From Selaginella moellendorffii (Eukaryota; Plantae; Lycopodiophyta): a stretch of 64,000 nucleotides of DNA. The notes under the pieces were generated by a model. That model had not been told where the DNA came from and did no database searches. It saw nothing but the letters and a program-made list of their open reading frames with translations. The stretch's first letter is position 1, and every line of letters starts with the position of its first letter. The position numbers were made by a program, and so were the translations under genes. Location: positions 126,825 to 190,824 of the forward strand of contig NW_003314292.1 of assembly GCF_000143415.4 (NCBI RefSeq), in the 5' to 3' direction. This document shows positions 12,159 through 24,248 of the stretch, in pieces.

Positions 12159-14779
12159 GCATATAGAGGGTTTAGGTTCCGCTTCGTGGTTATCCAATGG
12201 TAAATCACCATAGGATAAATGGTAAAAACTATATGCGCTACATTTGGTATCAGAGACAAGTTGAGTCTCGACGAGTACTATCCAATAAGATTGGGCAACT
12301 AGTCTCATTGCATATATAAAGATGAAAACGATGATCCAAATGGGTACATGTTTGGGTGCAAAGGCTTTACAATCGTTCCTTAGGTATAAATTTGGTTACC
12401 TTTTTGTATTGTATTATGTGAGCTTGCTCTTGGGCTCATAAGATGGACTAAGATGCACATTTTGCACAAGTTTGCGCTTGGGCTCATGAGTGAAGCACAT
12501 TAGCAACTCAAGGTTATGCTTTGAGTTGGCAGGATTAATGTTAGCCTATTGTTAGTTCTATGAGTTGTTCCATGTACCATGGGTGAAAGTAAACCTCCCT
12601 TGGGTTTGCTATGAGTGGTAAATAGGCTACTATGTAGCTATTTAGCACGGCATTAATGGATCCTTCCTAGGCATGATTACAAGTGGATCAATCAAGACTA
12701 TAGGGATTAGTCTATGGGTTCAAATAGTCATTGCTGTGCTCTCTCATAAACTTTTCTTGGATTGAACTGAAGGCAGTGCAAAATCAAACTTGAGGTTTAG
12801 TCAAAGATGAGATCGAAAAGAGAGTCATCAGGGATGAAGGATCAAACATGTAAATCATTTTCTCTTCTTGGAGAAATGAATTGCAACGAGGTGTGACTCA
12901 TTACTCATATGCACATCATATAGTCAAGAGTTCCTACCTTAATGCATGTTGGAAATAATGGTCTCTCAAATGGTGAGTTATGGGATGGATAGCAGTGAAG
13001 TGCTAAACCATTTTGTCTAGGTTTGCTATTAAAGACTTGGGTTACAATGGTTAATTCTTTTCTGGGGAGCCTTGCTATTGCTCTTTGAGTAATTTATTGT
13101 TGGATTAGTTTTGAGTTTGGTTAGAAAAAGAGTGGTATGAGCTTGTCCATATTATGAACAAAAATTAGTGGTGTTAGGTGTTGTGAATCTTTATTGGTGG
13201 GGTGTGGCATTTATGTTGTATTTTGTCGAATCGAGTTGGCACTTGATACTCATATAAACCTTTGAAGTAATTATATAGGCATTGCTCGTGGTGTTTCTCA
13301 ATTGATGATCAAGTTATTGTGATACTTATATCATATCCATATGATAATGAGTAATGCATTTATGAAGTTGCTTGGTCAAACGATGATCAACTCCAAAATG
13401 ATTGATGGTGAAGCTAGTTTACTTGCATTTAGTAGCATTGTAGTAGCTTTAATTAGATTTTCAATGGTGATCCATTATGTTAAGTTTAAGTTAGTTTTTT
13501 AGTTCCTTGAGTTTGCCCATTAATGTGTTAGGAAAGGGTTATAACATTCAATTGCTATGGCTTATTGGTTTATCCATTAGTACTTGAAGTAGATTGTTTG
13601 ATAGAAAAGGTGTGTAGTTGAGGCATTGATATTACTATCACTTGTGTTAGTGGAAGTTGCATTAATATTTCGAATAATAAGGAATTTTCTTAGATCTTAA
13701 TTTTCTATGTCATTTTTCTTTTTAGTGTTTTGGCTTCACATTAGATCTTGAAGGTGATTGAAGAAAAGTGTTAGTGCAATGTGGATATCCGAAGATATGG
13801 TCTTCGTGATCAAATCTTGGATGTTTATTTTACATTTTTGCGGATGTTGGTGTTGGATATCAAAAATATGAGCATGATATTCGATGTTTAGACATACTGT
13901 TGGTCATGAATTTGTGTTAAAGTGAACATATGTGAAATTGTTGGTAGGAGGAAGTTGGTTGAGTCTTGAAAGTTTGTATTCCTAGACATAAAGTCATTCT
14001 TTCTCTAGGATGAAAAATTTTCCATAAATTTTCTTAGGCTTTTCCAATGGTTAATCTGTCGATCACTTTGTTCGAAAACCATTTTTTTTTTCATAAGCCA
14101 ATACAAACTAGTGAAGGGGTTAGAGTTGACTTTGGTTAGCTTAAACTTTAGTAGGTAATTTGTATGATGCTACCTGAAAGGAATGCTAACTTTGGGGCTA
14201 AAGCATCTGTGTTGGATAGAGTCTGGAGTTGGTGTAAAAAAGTGGTTATTGCGCTTTTCTAAAAAAAATGACCCTTATGCCTTTCTTTTGTAGCATTATG
14301 CTTGGTGGCAGTTTGCATCTTGCATTTTATTACACTCTATAAGAGTAGTGAGCTCTCATTAATCCTGACTTAGTCTTGATAGTTTTGTGCTTTGGCTGAG
14401 GATGGTAATATCCAACTTAGTTGTTTAATGTTGAGATATCATACTATAATTTTGTCTATAAGGAGGTTGTGTACCGATATGAGTTCATCGCATGGTCTTT
14501 ACCTTAATTTCAACTAAGTTTTGATCGTGCATAGTTAGTTTATTGTAGTTGAGTTGAATTCGAATGGTCATTTAGTTTGTGTTTGTCCATGAACCTTTAT
14601 CTTGTGTTTGAGGTATCATGTTCATGTTGGATAAGTATATAACTCGATGACATGAGTTTAATATTAGGTTTTGTGAAGGCAAATTGAAGAGTGATTGTTA
14701 GTTGTTTTGCAACTAATGATTACTTATAGACTTTGTCGAGGACTATTACTATATTCAAAATTAATACAATAGAAAGAAT

Positions 14780-15330
14780 GTGAAATGGTACAAGCTTATA
14801 CAAATGCTTTGAGCCACATTGCAATGTAGTTAAGGCCTTAGATGCTTTAGGATTGGCAAACAAGCTTAAAAAGTCTTTGTTCACTAGGATAGAGAATCAA
14901 TTGCCCAGGATGTTAATAGATGCCTAAAGGTCAGGGAATTGTTTATGCAAGCAGATACCAAGCTAAAGGCAGGAAGGAACAGGATATTCAAGCAGAGATG
15001 AAAATCTTACTACTTCACTGACTCAAGAGTTTAAGTCTCAACTTACCAAGGTAGATCAATCATATGGTGACTTTGGGGAAGAAGTTAGTGGACTGAGCAT
15101 TTGGAGATTCTGGATCAGGCCAAAGAATTGAAAATGCTTTTTAAATGGTCATTAGGCTAAGATATATGGCAACATAATATTCCCGAGCTTGTTTGAGTTT
15201 ATGCAAGTGTGTTTGAAGTTCTGGCATGTCTAAAGCAAGCAAGGAACTCAATCACCATCCCTTAGTCAAGCTAGAGAGAATCTTTGGGTAGCTTGTGATC
15301 AATCATGGAAACACAATGTTTCTGAGCTTG
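14780..15330 (+). pseudogene. Possible highly decayed hAT transposase C-terminal relic
   Basis: Scattered motif-like pieces (NIPEL..., VLA..., LVINHGN) in the order expected for a hAT C-terminus, with many stops. Confidence 0.25.
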
Positions 15331-16637
15331 TTTAAATATAGGCAGAGTGTTATGGAGTTATCCATGTTGTTTGAGAGAGATAAAGGCATTCTTTTGGTTG
15401 TGTCAATAGGAATTTACAAGGGACATGCAGACCATGGAAATATGGTAATCCTAGGTGTGAAGCAGTGTCAAAAGAAAGAAGCAAGTTACTGTCATGGTAC
15501 AAGAGGAGAGTGTTGGCGCTAGGAATTGGCATCTGCTATTAGGAGCTAGGCTGCATCATTCCCAGCAGAAGGGAGGCTTTGATGGATTGGAGCTGGGCAT
15601 CAACAAAGAAGTAATAGCCAACTGCCACATAATACCATTCTGCTGCGGCCATATTGGATTGTTTGCCCCACCCCAAAGGGCACAGCCACAGCCAGTTTTG
15701 GCAAAAACCAATACAATAATTATATTTATCTTTAACCATTTTAGGGTTCTTCAGGAAAGATGGCGTGTCAGGGAGGGATTTTTTTCCCAGAGAATGACTC
15801 GTGTGCACGCACATCAGCAGATACACACGCGCGTGGGGCTGGGATCGTCCTTCAATCTTTCCAGGTGATTTGTTTGAGCTCGTGTTTAGCGCAAATCCCT
15901 CCCTGATTACTTGCTCACGCTCAAGATCAATCCTTTTAGAGCTTTCCAAATCGGTGTCAATGCGCTGTGGCTTTCACATTTAGTTATCTGTGCTGCGCCT
16001 GCGCTCTGCCCTGCCATCGCTTTAATGGTTGGAATGGAATTGGAATTTGGAAGGAGCCTCTTTCTCGCCCATCATTCCTCGCTCGCATCCCTTTTCTTGT
16101 TCCTCTTCCTCCTCTCTCCCTTAAAATCTTTTGGCATTCAAAGGGGTGGTCGTGGAACTTTTCTAAAGCTATTCACTCTGATTGCTTTGTCTTGTTCTCC
16201 CTCCATCTTTCTCTCCTTTCCATCAATCTTCTCTCTCGCTCGTCTTGTTTTCTTCTTTCTTTCCTTGCTGTGGCACACGGGTGGGTTTTTGTTTTTATCA
16301 TGGTCTAGTTGGTCTGGTGACAACACCAACATACCAACACCCAACGATTTGATGGATTGATTGCGTGATTGCCAGTCGCGAGTGACTGCGAGGTAACATT
16401 TCCTCTCGAGATATAACCGAAGAATGAAAGAGAAAGAAGGGAGGCCTCAAGGAGGAGAATAAACAATGTGAGCTGAGAGAAGAATTCGCCGGGATTTTCC
16501 TTTTCTTTTTCCTTCTCTGCCTGTCAAAGTTGGTCTTTCTGTAGTGTTCCTCGTGCTCGTTTTGGGGCTTTAGAGTTCTTGAGACTGCCACCGACGAACG
16601 AAAAAAGGAAAAAATCGTTTCTCTCCATCGACCAGCG

Positions 16638-19081
16638 ATGGAGCTAGTGATGATGTTGGTGGGAATTTTTCTGGGATTGGTGGTGACCTTTTTCATGCTG
16701 AAGCAGAGTAGAGTGGCGGTGGAGGTGTCGAGCACAAGTGGAGCAAAGACTCCGCCGGGTCCTCCGTGGAGAATCCCTCTTGTCGGCGAAACGCTCAGCT
16801 TTCTCAGAGATCCACACCGCTTCTATCTCACTCGTATTGCCAGGTAAAACTTATTCAATCTTTCTCGTCACGCATTTTTCCTGTTTCATTTGGTTTGTGT
16901 TCTTGCGTTTTGATGGCTCCATTTCTCTCGTGCTTTCTCACTGTGGTGCGTTCCAAATCGTCCATTTTTCCTGGTTCTAACTCCCTCGAGTATTCAGATA
17001 TGGAGAGATCTTCTCCACTTCGCTTTTTGGCGACAAATGCATCATTGTCACCACTCCGGAGGCCTCGAAGTGGTTGCTCCAGTCGGCTCAAAAGTTTTTC
17101 AAGCCTGCTTATCCCGAGTCTGCAAATTCTCTCATCGATCCGACGCGCAGCTTTGGCAGCGAGCAGCTTCACAATTATGTCCGGAGAATCGTTGGCTCCT
17201 CCCTGTATCCCGAGTCCCTCCAGTTCCATGTCCCTGCGATCGAGGCGCTCGCTTGCTCAGTCCTCGATTCCTGGACAAAGCAAAAGTCCATCAATGTCTA
17301 CAGCGAAATGGCCAAGGTACTTTAAATCATCTAGCTCTAGCTCTAGAAGGAAAACACCAGACATTCTTCTCTCCTTTTTCTCTCTCACAGTTTTTTTTGT
17401 TGCGATTTTGGGATTGATTGACTTGTTTTTTCTTTCGCTTTCCATTGAGCAGTACACATTCGAGGTGGCGATGAAAATTCTATGCGGGATGGAGCCGGGA
17501 AAACAGATGGACGCACTGTTCCAGAACATGCAAGACTTTGAAAAGGCGTTCCTCACGCTCAACATCAACCTTCCTTTCACAACTTACCGACGTGGTCTCA
17601 AGGTGAGCAAACAACTTGAGAATCTCTTTCCTTTCTTACTCTTGAAAGACCAAACTTTCTCTTCTATAGTTCCCCATAGATTTCCGCAGAGCTTCTGAAA
17701 GCTTTTTTAGTGTTTCCTCTCAACTTCTTCTCGTTCTTCTCTCCTGTCTCGACTCTTTGTGGCTACAGGCAAGGGACAGCATGTTTAAAGCAGTGGAGGA
17801 GATGATCCAGCAGAGGAGAAAAAAGAAAAGGGACTGGAGTGGTCGGGAGCAGCAGCAGCGGCTGGACATGCTCGACTCGATGATTTGCGTCGAAACCAAG
17901 GACGAGAAGTTTGCCAATGCGGTGACAGACATCCACGTTAGAGGAATCATCATGACAATCCTGTTCGCTGGGCACGAGACCTCTGCAGCACAGCTGGTGT
18001 GGGCCATCAAGAACTTACACGACAATCCAGAGCTCCTCCACGGAGTCAAGGTAAGACAAAAGAAAGAAGAGATTCAAGCTTCGTCTTTAATCCTGTTTGA
18101 TCAGGAAGAACATGAAGCTATCCGGAGGAAACGAGAGCCTGGATCTCCACTTACGTGGTCTCAAGTCATGAAAGAAATGCCTCTCACGCTCAGAGTTGAG
18201 TTTTCTATCGCGATCAAACTCGAAGCTAAGCTTTTTCGTTTCCAACTTCTCTCCAGGTGATAAACGAGACGATGAGAACTTCCTACGTCGGACTCTTCCT
18301 TCCCAGGGAAGCACTTGACGACCTCGAGTACGATGGTACGAGAAAAAAAAGCATAAGAAGTTAAAGTTTGTTCATCGTGTCGTTGTTCGCAGGCTACTAC
18401 TTTCCCAAAGGCTGGAAAGTTTACGCATCGCCGTCGATGGTCCATCTCAATCCAAAGCTCTACACGGAGCCGTACAAGTTTGATCCCACCAGATTCCAGG
18501 TACAGTCCAGAGGTCAATTGCTTGCCTAAAGCTTTGATGATTCATTCGAGAGAGCAGGAAAGAAACAAAAAAAGAAAAGATTGGAGGAGGGCCAGAGATC
18601 TTCCGTTTCATTAAGATTTTGCTGATTTTTTCTTCCAGGACGGTGGTCCAAAGCCGAATACTTTCATACCATTTGGCAATGGCCAGAGGCTGTGCTTGGG
18701 CGGTGAGCTCGCAAAGGTTGAAATGCTCGTCCTCATCCACCACCTTGTTACTACATACAGGTACCAAGAGCTTTTTCCTTCCTTTCCTTTCTTTGGTATC
18801 TTCCTGCCTACACAGGAGAGAAAAACGCTTGTAGCTTTCTTTTGCTTTTTTTTGCTGCTGCTGGTAGACTTTGTCACGACTTTGGAATTTTAAACTCGTT
18901 TTCTGTGGTTCTGTGCAGCTGGAAGATTAAGGAGGATCACGGTGGGATCAGATGGTGGCCAGTCCCGATCCCCAAGGGCGGACTGGTCATACAAGTAGAA
19001 CGAGAAGTGGAGCGAGGATTAGAAAAGGAAACGAGGCAGGGTCAAACTGGGGAGCTCGGCTCTGGTGAATTCCAACACTAG
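16638..19081 (+). CDS. Cytochrome P450, CYP85 clan (CYP707/CYP90/CYP85-like), 9 exons, 505 aa
   Basis: Exons 16638-16843, 16998-17316, 17453-17602, 17769-18050, 18105-18194, 18257-18335, 18393-18499, 18639-18760, 18919-19081. All introns GT-AG; total 1518 nt in frame. N-terminal TM anchor, PPGP hinge, I-helix AGHETS, ETMR (ExxR), FDPTRF, heme motif [10 protein letters not shown]. The 150/90/79/107/122-nt exon series is typical of the CYP85 clan. Confidence 0.95.
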
Positions 19082-19427
19082 GACTTTTTAGTATATTTTG
19101 TAGACGTAGCTGGCTGTACAAAAAAGTCTTGGATGCAAGTTACTCGTGTACAATCTTAACAGCACGAACAAAATAAGAGGAAGTCAGGAGGTGGCATGGG
19201 CGCTTCTTGAAATGAATAGATATATTCAAGATACATTGTTAAGTAGAAACTAAATGCATTTTTATAAAATAAATAATCAAGATTGTATTTTAATTAATTT
19301 TTAAAACTTACAAAGTTTCCAATTATCTAAACTTTCAAACCTTGCTTGCACTGGTTAAATGAGCCTTGAAATTTCAGCCACTTCAATTCGGCAACAATTC
19401 AAGGCAAGCTTTTTGAAGTCTCATTGG

Positions 19428-20347
19428 ATGGATTTTTTCACGACTCAAGTATGCGTTTCTTCTAGCAGCTCTCATTCTAATCTCTCAGCTAGATTCGTGC
19501 TATGCACCACCAGATGGGATTTTTAGAATAAGAGCCTTGCATAATATGCTCAGTGTGGAACAAATAAGACCAATGGTAGAAAGGATACAAGGCTATGTGA
19601 GAAATATGCGTGATAACGTTCGATTTGGGGCTGAAAGAACGATGGAACTTGTCGTGATTTTTGATACGAATACATTTATTAAGGTCTATATATTTGTGTA
19701 TAGTAGAGTGTTTGACGAGGCCCCAGGTATTTGTACCATGAGTCCAACGATCAAAGGTGTGCGTGGCCAAAATCTACGGCAAAATATACTGGATATGTGC
19801 GATAGGATACTAGAAGAGTTAAGGGGTAGAGAACATTGTTATGGTTATGTTGATATTGTTCTTCAGTATATTGGACTTCGTTATGAGTTCGAACTAGCTC
19901 CTAAACAGAATAACCAGCTTTTGTTCTCCAACTTCTCGTAAGTTAATACATTTGATGATCATAAGTATCCAGAGCTTGATGGGTTTGATAGCGATATAAG
20001 ACATTGTTGGGTCTATGCTACATCACTGATCAGTGGGCTCTAGAACACTCTTGGCTCGTATTTGCTGATAATTCTTATAGGTTGACAATGCAAAATAATT
20101 GTAATCCCATACTACAATGTCCCAGGGGAATAATCACATGGAGCTCAGAAACACAGGGAAAAGATTCTGGTTGCTACTTAATCCTGCTAGTCAATGCAAT
20201 TTGGCAACTGTTGGATCTAGAGGAGAGGCGTGGTCTAGCAAAACGAGCTCCATCCAAAACAAGTTATATGCTCTTGTGATCGACAATCTTGGTTACTTGG
20301 CTATTTACAGAACAGAAACTGCTAGAGTTATTTGGAGATCTCCTTAA
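19428..20347 (+). pseudogene. Disrupted gene for a secreted protein: signal peptide + unknown domain + bulb-type (GNA/B) lectin
   Basis: Removing one T from the T6 run at 19433-19438 gives MDFSRLKYAFLLAALILISQLDSCYA in frame with ORF 19537-19941. Later stops and frameshifts. C-terminus has B-lectin pattern RLTMQNNCN...WSSET...CYLIL...CNL...WSSKT...LVIDNLGYLAIY...VIWRS. Confidence 0.7.
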
Positions 20348-21050
20348 GAAAATTGTGCTTAAAATTTTGATTGATTGATTGATACATTCCCGTCCTTGAC
20401 AAATTTATATGTACAATTGTCATATTGTGACCTTGTGATCTTGTCATATTGTGGGACCTTGTGATTGAACATTGTTATATCTTAGGACTCAAAGGATACA
20501 AAGTTTGGCTAAAAAGACATCGAAATTAGATGATTGGATGATTGGGGAGTTAGACATGTTTGTAGAAAACCATGAGGTTCTTTAGTACACCTGAATCTTT
20601 CTTTCTTTGCATTGGCCTTTTGTTTTTCCTTGAACATGGGCGTGGTCTAGCAAAACGAGCTCCATCCAAAACAAGTTATATGCTCTTGTGATCGACAATC
20701 TTGGTTACTTGGCTATTTACAGAACAGAAACTGCTAGAGTTATTTGGAGATCTCCTTAAGAAAATTGTGCTTAAAATTTTGATTGATTGATTGATACATT
20801 CCCGTCCTTGACAAATTTATATGTACAATTGTCATATTGTGACCTTGTGACCTTGTCATATTGTGGGACCTTGTGATTGAACATTGTTATATCTTAGGAC
20901 TCAAAGGATACAAAGTTTGGCTAAAAAGACATCGAAATTAGATGATTGGATGATTGGGGAGTTAGACATGTTTGTAGAAAACCATGAGGTTCTTTAGTAC
21001 ACCTGAATCTTTCTTTCTTTGCATTGGCCTTTTGTTTTTCCTTGAACATG
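20227..21050 (+). repeat. Near-perfect 412-bp tandem duplication
   Basis: 20227-20638 repeats at 20639-21050; one substitution seen. Covers the lectin 3' end and downstream sequence. Confidence 0.95.
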
Positions 21051-23943
21051 AGGTTAAATATTTTGTCATAGATGTGGATTTTTGGAGCTGCATGATGAAT
21101 GGACGATCCCCTTGGCACTACTGTCTTGCTCCAGGATCTGAGGTCCAACTTATAGGAGTTTATGTGTGTCTGCTATTGGGATTCAATTGATTAGTAGAAT
21201 TTTGGAAATATTTCAAAAATTGCATTAAGGTTTTCTACATGATTTTATTGAAGATTTTTAAATCTTAAGTAAGTTTATTTTGTCAGTTCATGTTTGGATC
21301 AAGTCATGAAGAGCCAAGTTTCACTTTAATTAAAAAAGAAACAAAATATATGTTAAGACAGAAGGCTAGTTGTGTGTAGTAAAGAAAATCAAGAAAAATA
21401 CAATTTAAAATTGGCTGAGGATGAAAATCTTGATTTAAACTTTGAGTTATCCCAAAAAAATTGTGAAGTAATAATCCACAAGGGAGAAAAAACAACTTGT
21501 TCAAATGTTTGATGTTTAGAAAAGTGTAATTTAATTTTTATGTAAAAATTTATATTTTGAAGAACTTTAAAAGCAGTTTCTTGAAGTTCGTATCCCACTC
21601 AAAAAGCTGAAGAACTGATTTGGATGATAATTCATTTGTGGTTAATATCTCTTTTTCATGCTTCTTTCCTTTTATGAATTTTTCATGACTTAGCAAAGGT
21701 TGTTAAAGTTACAATTGCAAAGTGATATAATTTACATAGGTATAGTAACTTTTGTAATGTGGTGTGAAATTTTTAATTATGCTCCTCAAATATGGTAATG
21801 GAAAAGTGATGTTGTGGTTCAGACATGCAAAATTTAGATTTTCCAAAGGTGGACGTAGCCCAAACTTGGTGGCAGCAGGTTTGGTGGCAAGGAAGCAAGT
21901 GTGTGGGCACAACTTAAATCTTGAAAAACACATGTGAATATACAATTGTTTTTATAAACACTAAAAGTTTGTTTGAAACTATTGTTTTTGGGCATGGTCA
22001 TGTTAGGATAACTAAGGAGAATGGTCGAGCAGGATCAGCACAACAATCAGGTTTAATTTTTGGCAACACTGTATAAGAGCTTGTTTTCAATTTTTATTTC
22101 AATGGTGTGAGTGGAGCCTAGGTACACTTTAAGCTTATGACACAGCTCTTAAGCTTATGAGCTGAGCTCAAAGCTCAAAAGAACTATATAAAAACATTGG
22201 TTTGTCCCAAACAAATATTTGGTAAATATCAAACTTACATTTGATATATATTTCTTTTTAAGTCTTGATATGAAAAACACAAAAGTAAAATGGATTTGAG
22301 AGCTAATAAAATAACTACCATGCTAAAAACACTTTTGAAGCTCCACAACCATAATGCTAGCTTGATGGATATGGTGGTTGACTTAAGGATCTTGATTTAG
22401 TTCTTTCATGAAAATATAATAAATATACTTGCAAGCCAAATATAGACAAAGTCTCCCCAAGTCTCCCTTTGGACAAAATTTGGACAAATGCATTTCTTGC
22501 TATAACACTAATGTAACTTATTTTTCAGATCATGCACTACAATTCTTTAACAAGCTGGATTTTGTCCTATGCAGCATTTAAAATGGATGACTTATATTGT
22601 ACAACCTTCCCATTTTTAGCTTGGTCATTTATGCTAATCAAGTGTTGTCATTTATAGCCTCTTGAATAGGTTGGTGGTTGGTGTCATTAAGTGGTTGATC
22701 CTAAAAAGAATAAAACATTTAAACATGAGAAGAAATGAGTTGACAAGTTTATATGGAGAATGTAATGGCCCTATTAGAATATGTGAACTTCCCACTATAC
22801 CAACTAACACTCCATTTGTAGAAGCTATTAACTTGGCATTTTATTTTCTTCAACCCACCATATATTTGATTTTCCTTGGTCTTATGCTCCTTTTTAGTTA
22901 GAGTTTCCTTCCACTTGCAATAAAACTGTTTGAAATTTTCATAGAGTTCAACTTTGATGTATCAGTAATGCTTGTTAACACTCTTTACCTAGTGAAACTC
23001 TTATAACTCTTCTCTCTACCTTGTAAAGCTTCTTTAAAAAACTTTACACATTGCCAAACAATTAACTTTAACAATATTTGCCATTGTTGAATTGAGAGCC
23101 TTTCAATGGTGGGGAGAACACTTTCTCATACTTTGAAATCCCACTCAAATATATTTTTTGTGTGAACTCCCTACCTTAGAAAATGGGGAAGAAGAGGACA
23201 TCTGTGCCCCAACATCTCCCTAGAATATTCTAACAATGGAATATTTTAGAGAATTTCACTCAAAGCTTTAAGCCATCTCCTAATAGGTAACCAGAAGAGA
23301 ATGTGCTAACTTTGTTACATGCAAGAACCCATGGCCAAAGTGTTGGTGTAGATTCCAACTACCTTGTGTCAGCAAGTACTACAAGGAGAAGAGACCAAAG
23401 AAAAACAAAGTAAAGAGAAAAAGAAAAAAGAGAGTATGGAGTTCTAAAGTCAAGGGAAAACCATATGAAAAAACTTGATAAAAAAACTAGATACAAAAAC
23501 AAAAGGAGACAAAGTGGAGAAAAGAAAAATGAAAATGAAATAAAGAAAAGAAAAAAAAGAAGAGAAAAACAAAGATAAAACAGAAAAGAGAAGATGGAAA
23601 CATAAAATTAAGTAGGAGAACCATTTACCTAGACTCCAACTTAAGGGTACCTCACCTCTAGAAAGTGCCTCAAACATAGCCTAGCTACTCTCAAAGTTCC
23701 AAAGAAATGAAATGATAGAAGTGAATATGTTGCTTGAGAATGATAATTATGAGAAAAAAATAGCCTAACAAATGAATGGTGGGAGACAATGATGACTGAT
23801 TGTAATGAAGTGATAATGGAGGGTATCTAGTAGCATGTGAATATAGTCAAAGTGTTTTAGTCAGTGGGAGAAGAAGAACCTTACAGTTTTTGCTAGCATA
23901 TGCTAAGATTATTGTGTTTTGCTATTGTAAGAATGTGGGATTG

Positions 23944-24248
23944 TGTAGCACACCCTATTTTTCTCCCCTTAAGCCAAATAAAAAAAAAAGTAATTGCTTG
24001 ATAAAAGAGCCTTTAGTGGCTTTTTTATCCTAATTTGTCCATGAATTAATGGGAATTGAACCTATGCCATTTGCTCCAATACCACATATAATATACATTA
24101 TCTCTTTCCCCTTAAACTAACTGGAAAAATAATAATTACTTGATAAAAAAGCCCTTAGTGGTTATTTTATCCCCATTTATCCCCTAAGGTTCTAAGGATC
24201 CATGGTGACAATATATCTAAATCTCATCCCATAATCACATGTGTTATA
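23944..24248 (-). mobile_element. Internally deleted, decayed TRIM of the 162-bp-LTR family ('B')
   Basis: Partial LTR, PBS remnant (ccaataccaca) and second LTR homologous to 62625-62786. Confidence 0.75.

Larger units (their letters stand above)
9165..14750 (+). mobile_element. LTR-C + internal domain X element (truncated), with a hAT insertion in its LTR
   Basis: LTR ends ...TATGCGCTACA at 12242, followed by PBS TTTGGTATCAGAG. Internal region 12243-~14750 is co-linear with 55405-~57975. No ORF. Confidence 0.8.

Noticed and set aside
12166-12180. Telomeric repeat GGGTTTAGG
   Set aside because: A single unit that is part of the LTR-C consensus, not an array.
15795-15840. BRRE/CE3-like motifs (CGTGTG, ACGCGTGG) upstream of the P450
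   Set aside because: Short motifs ~800 bp upstream that are expected by chance; not enough to call without conservation data.
16766-17698. 310-aa ORF overlapping the P450
   Set aside because: Read-through of introns and alternative frames; the spliced P450 model explains the region.
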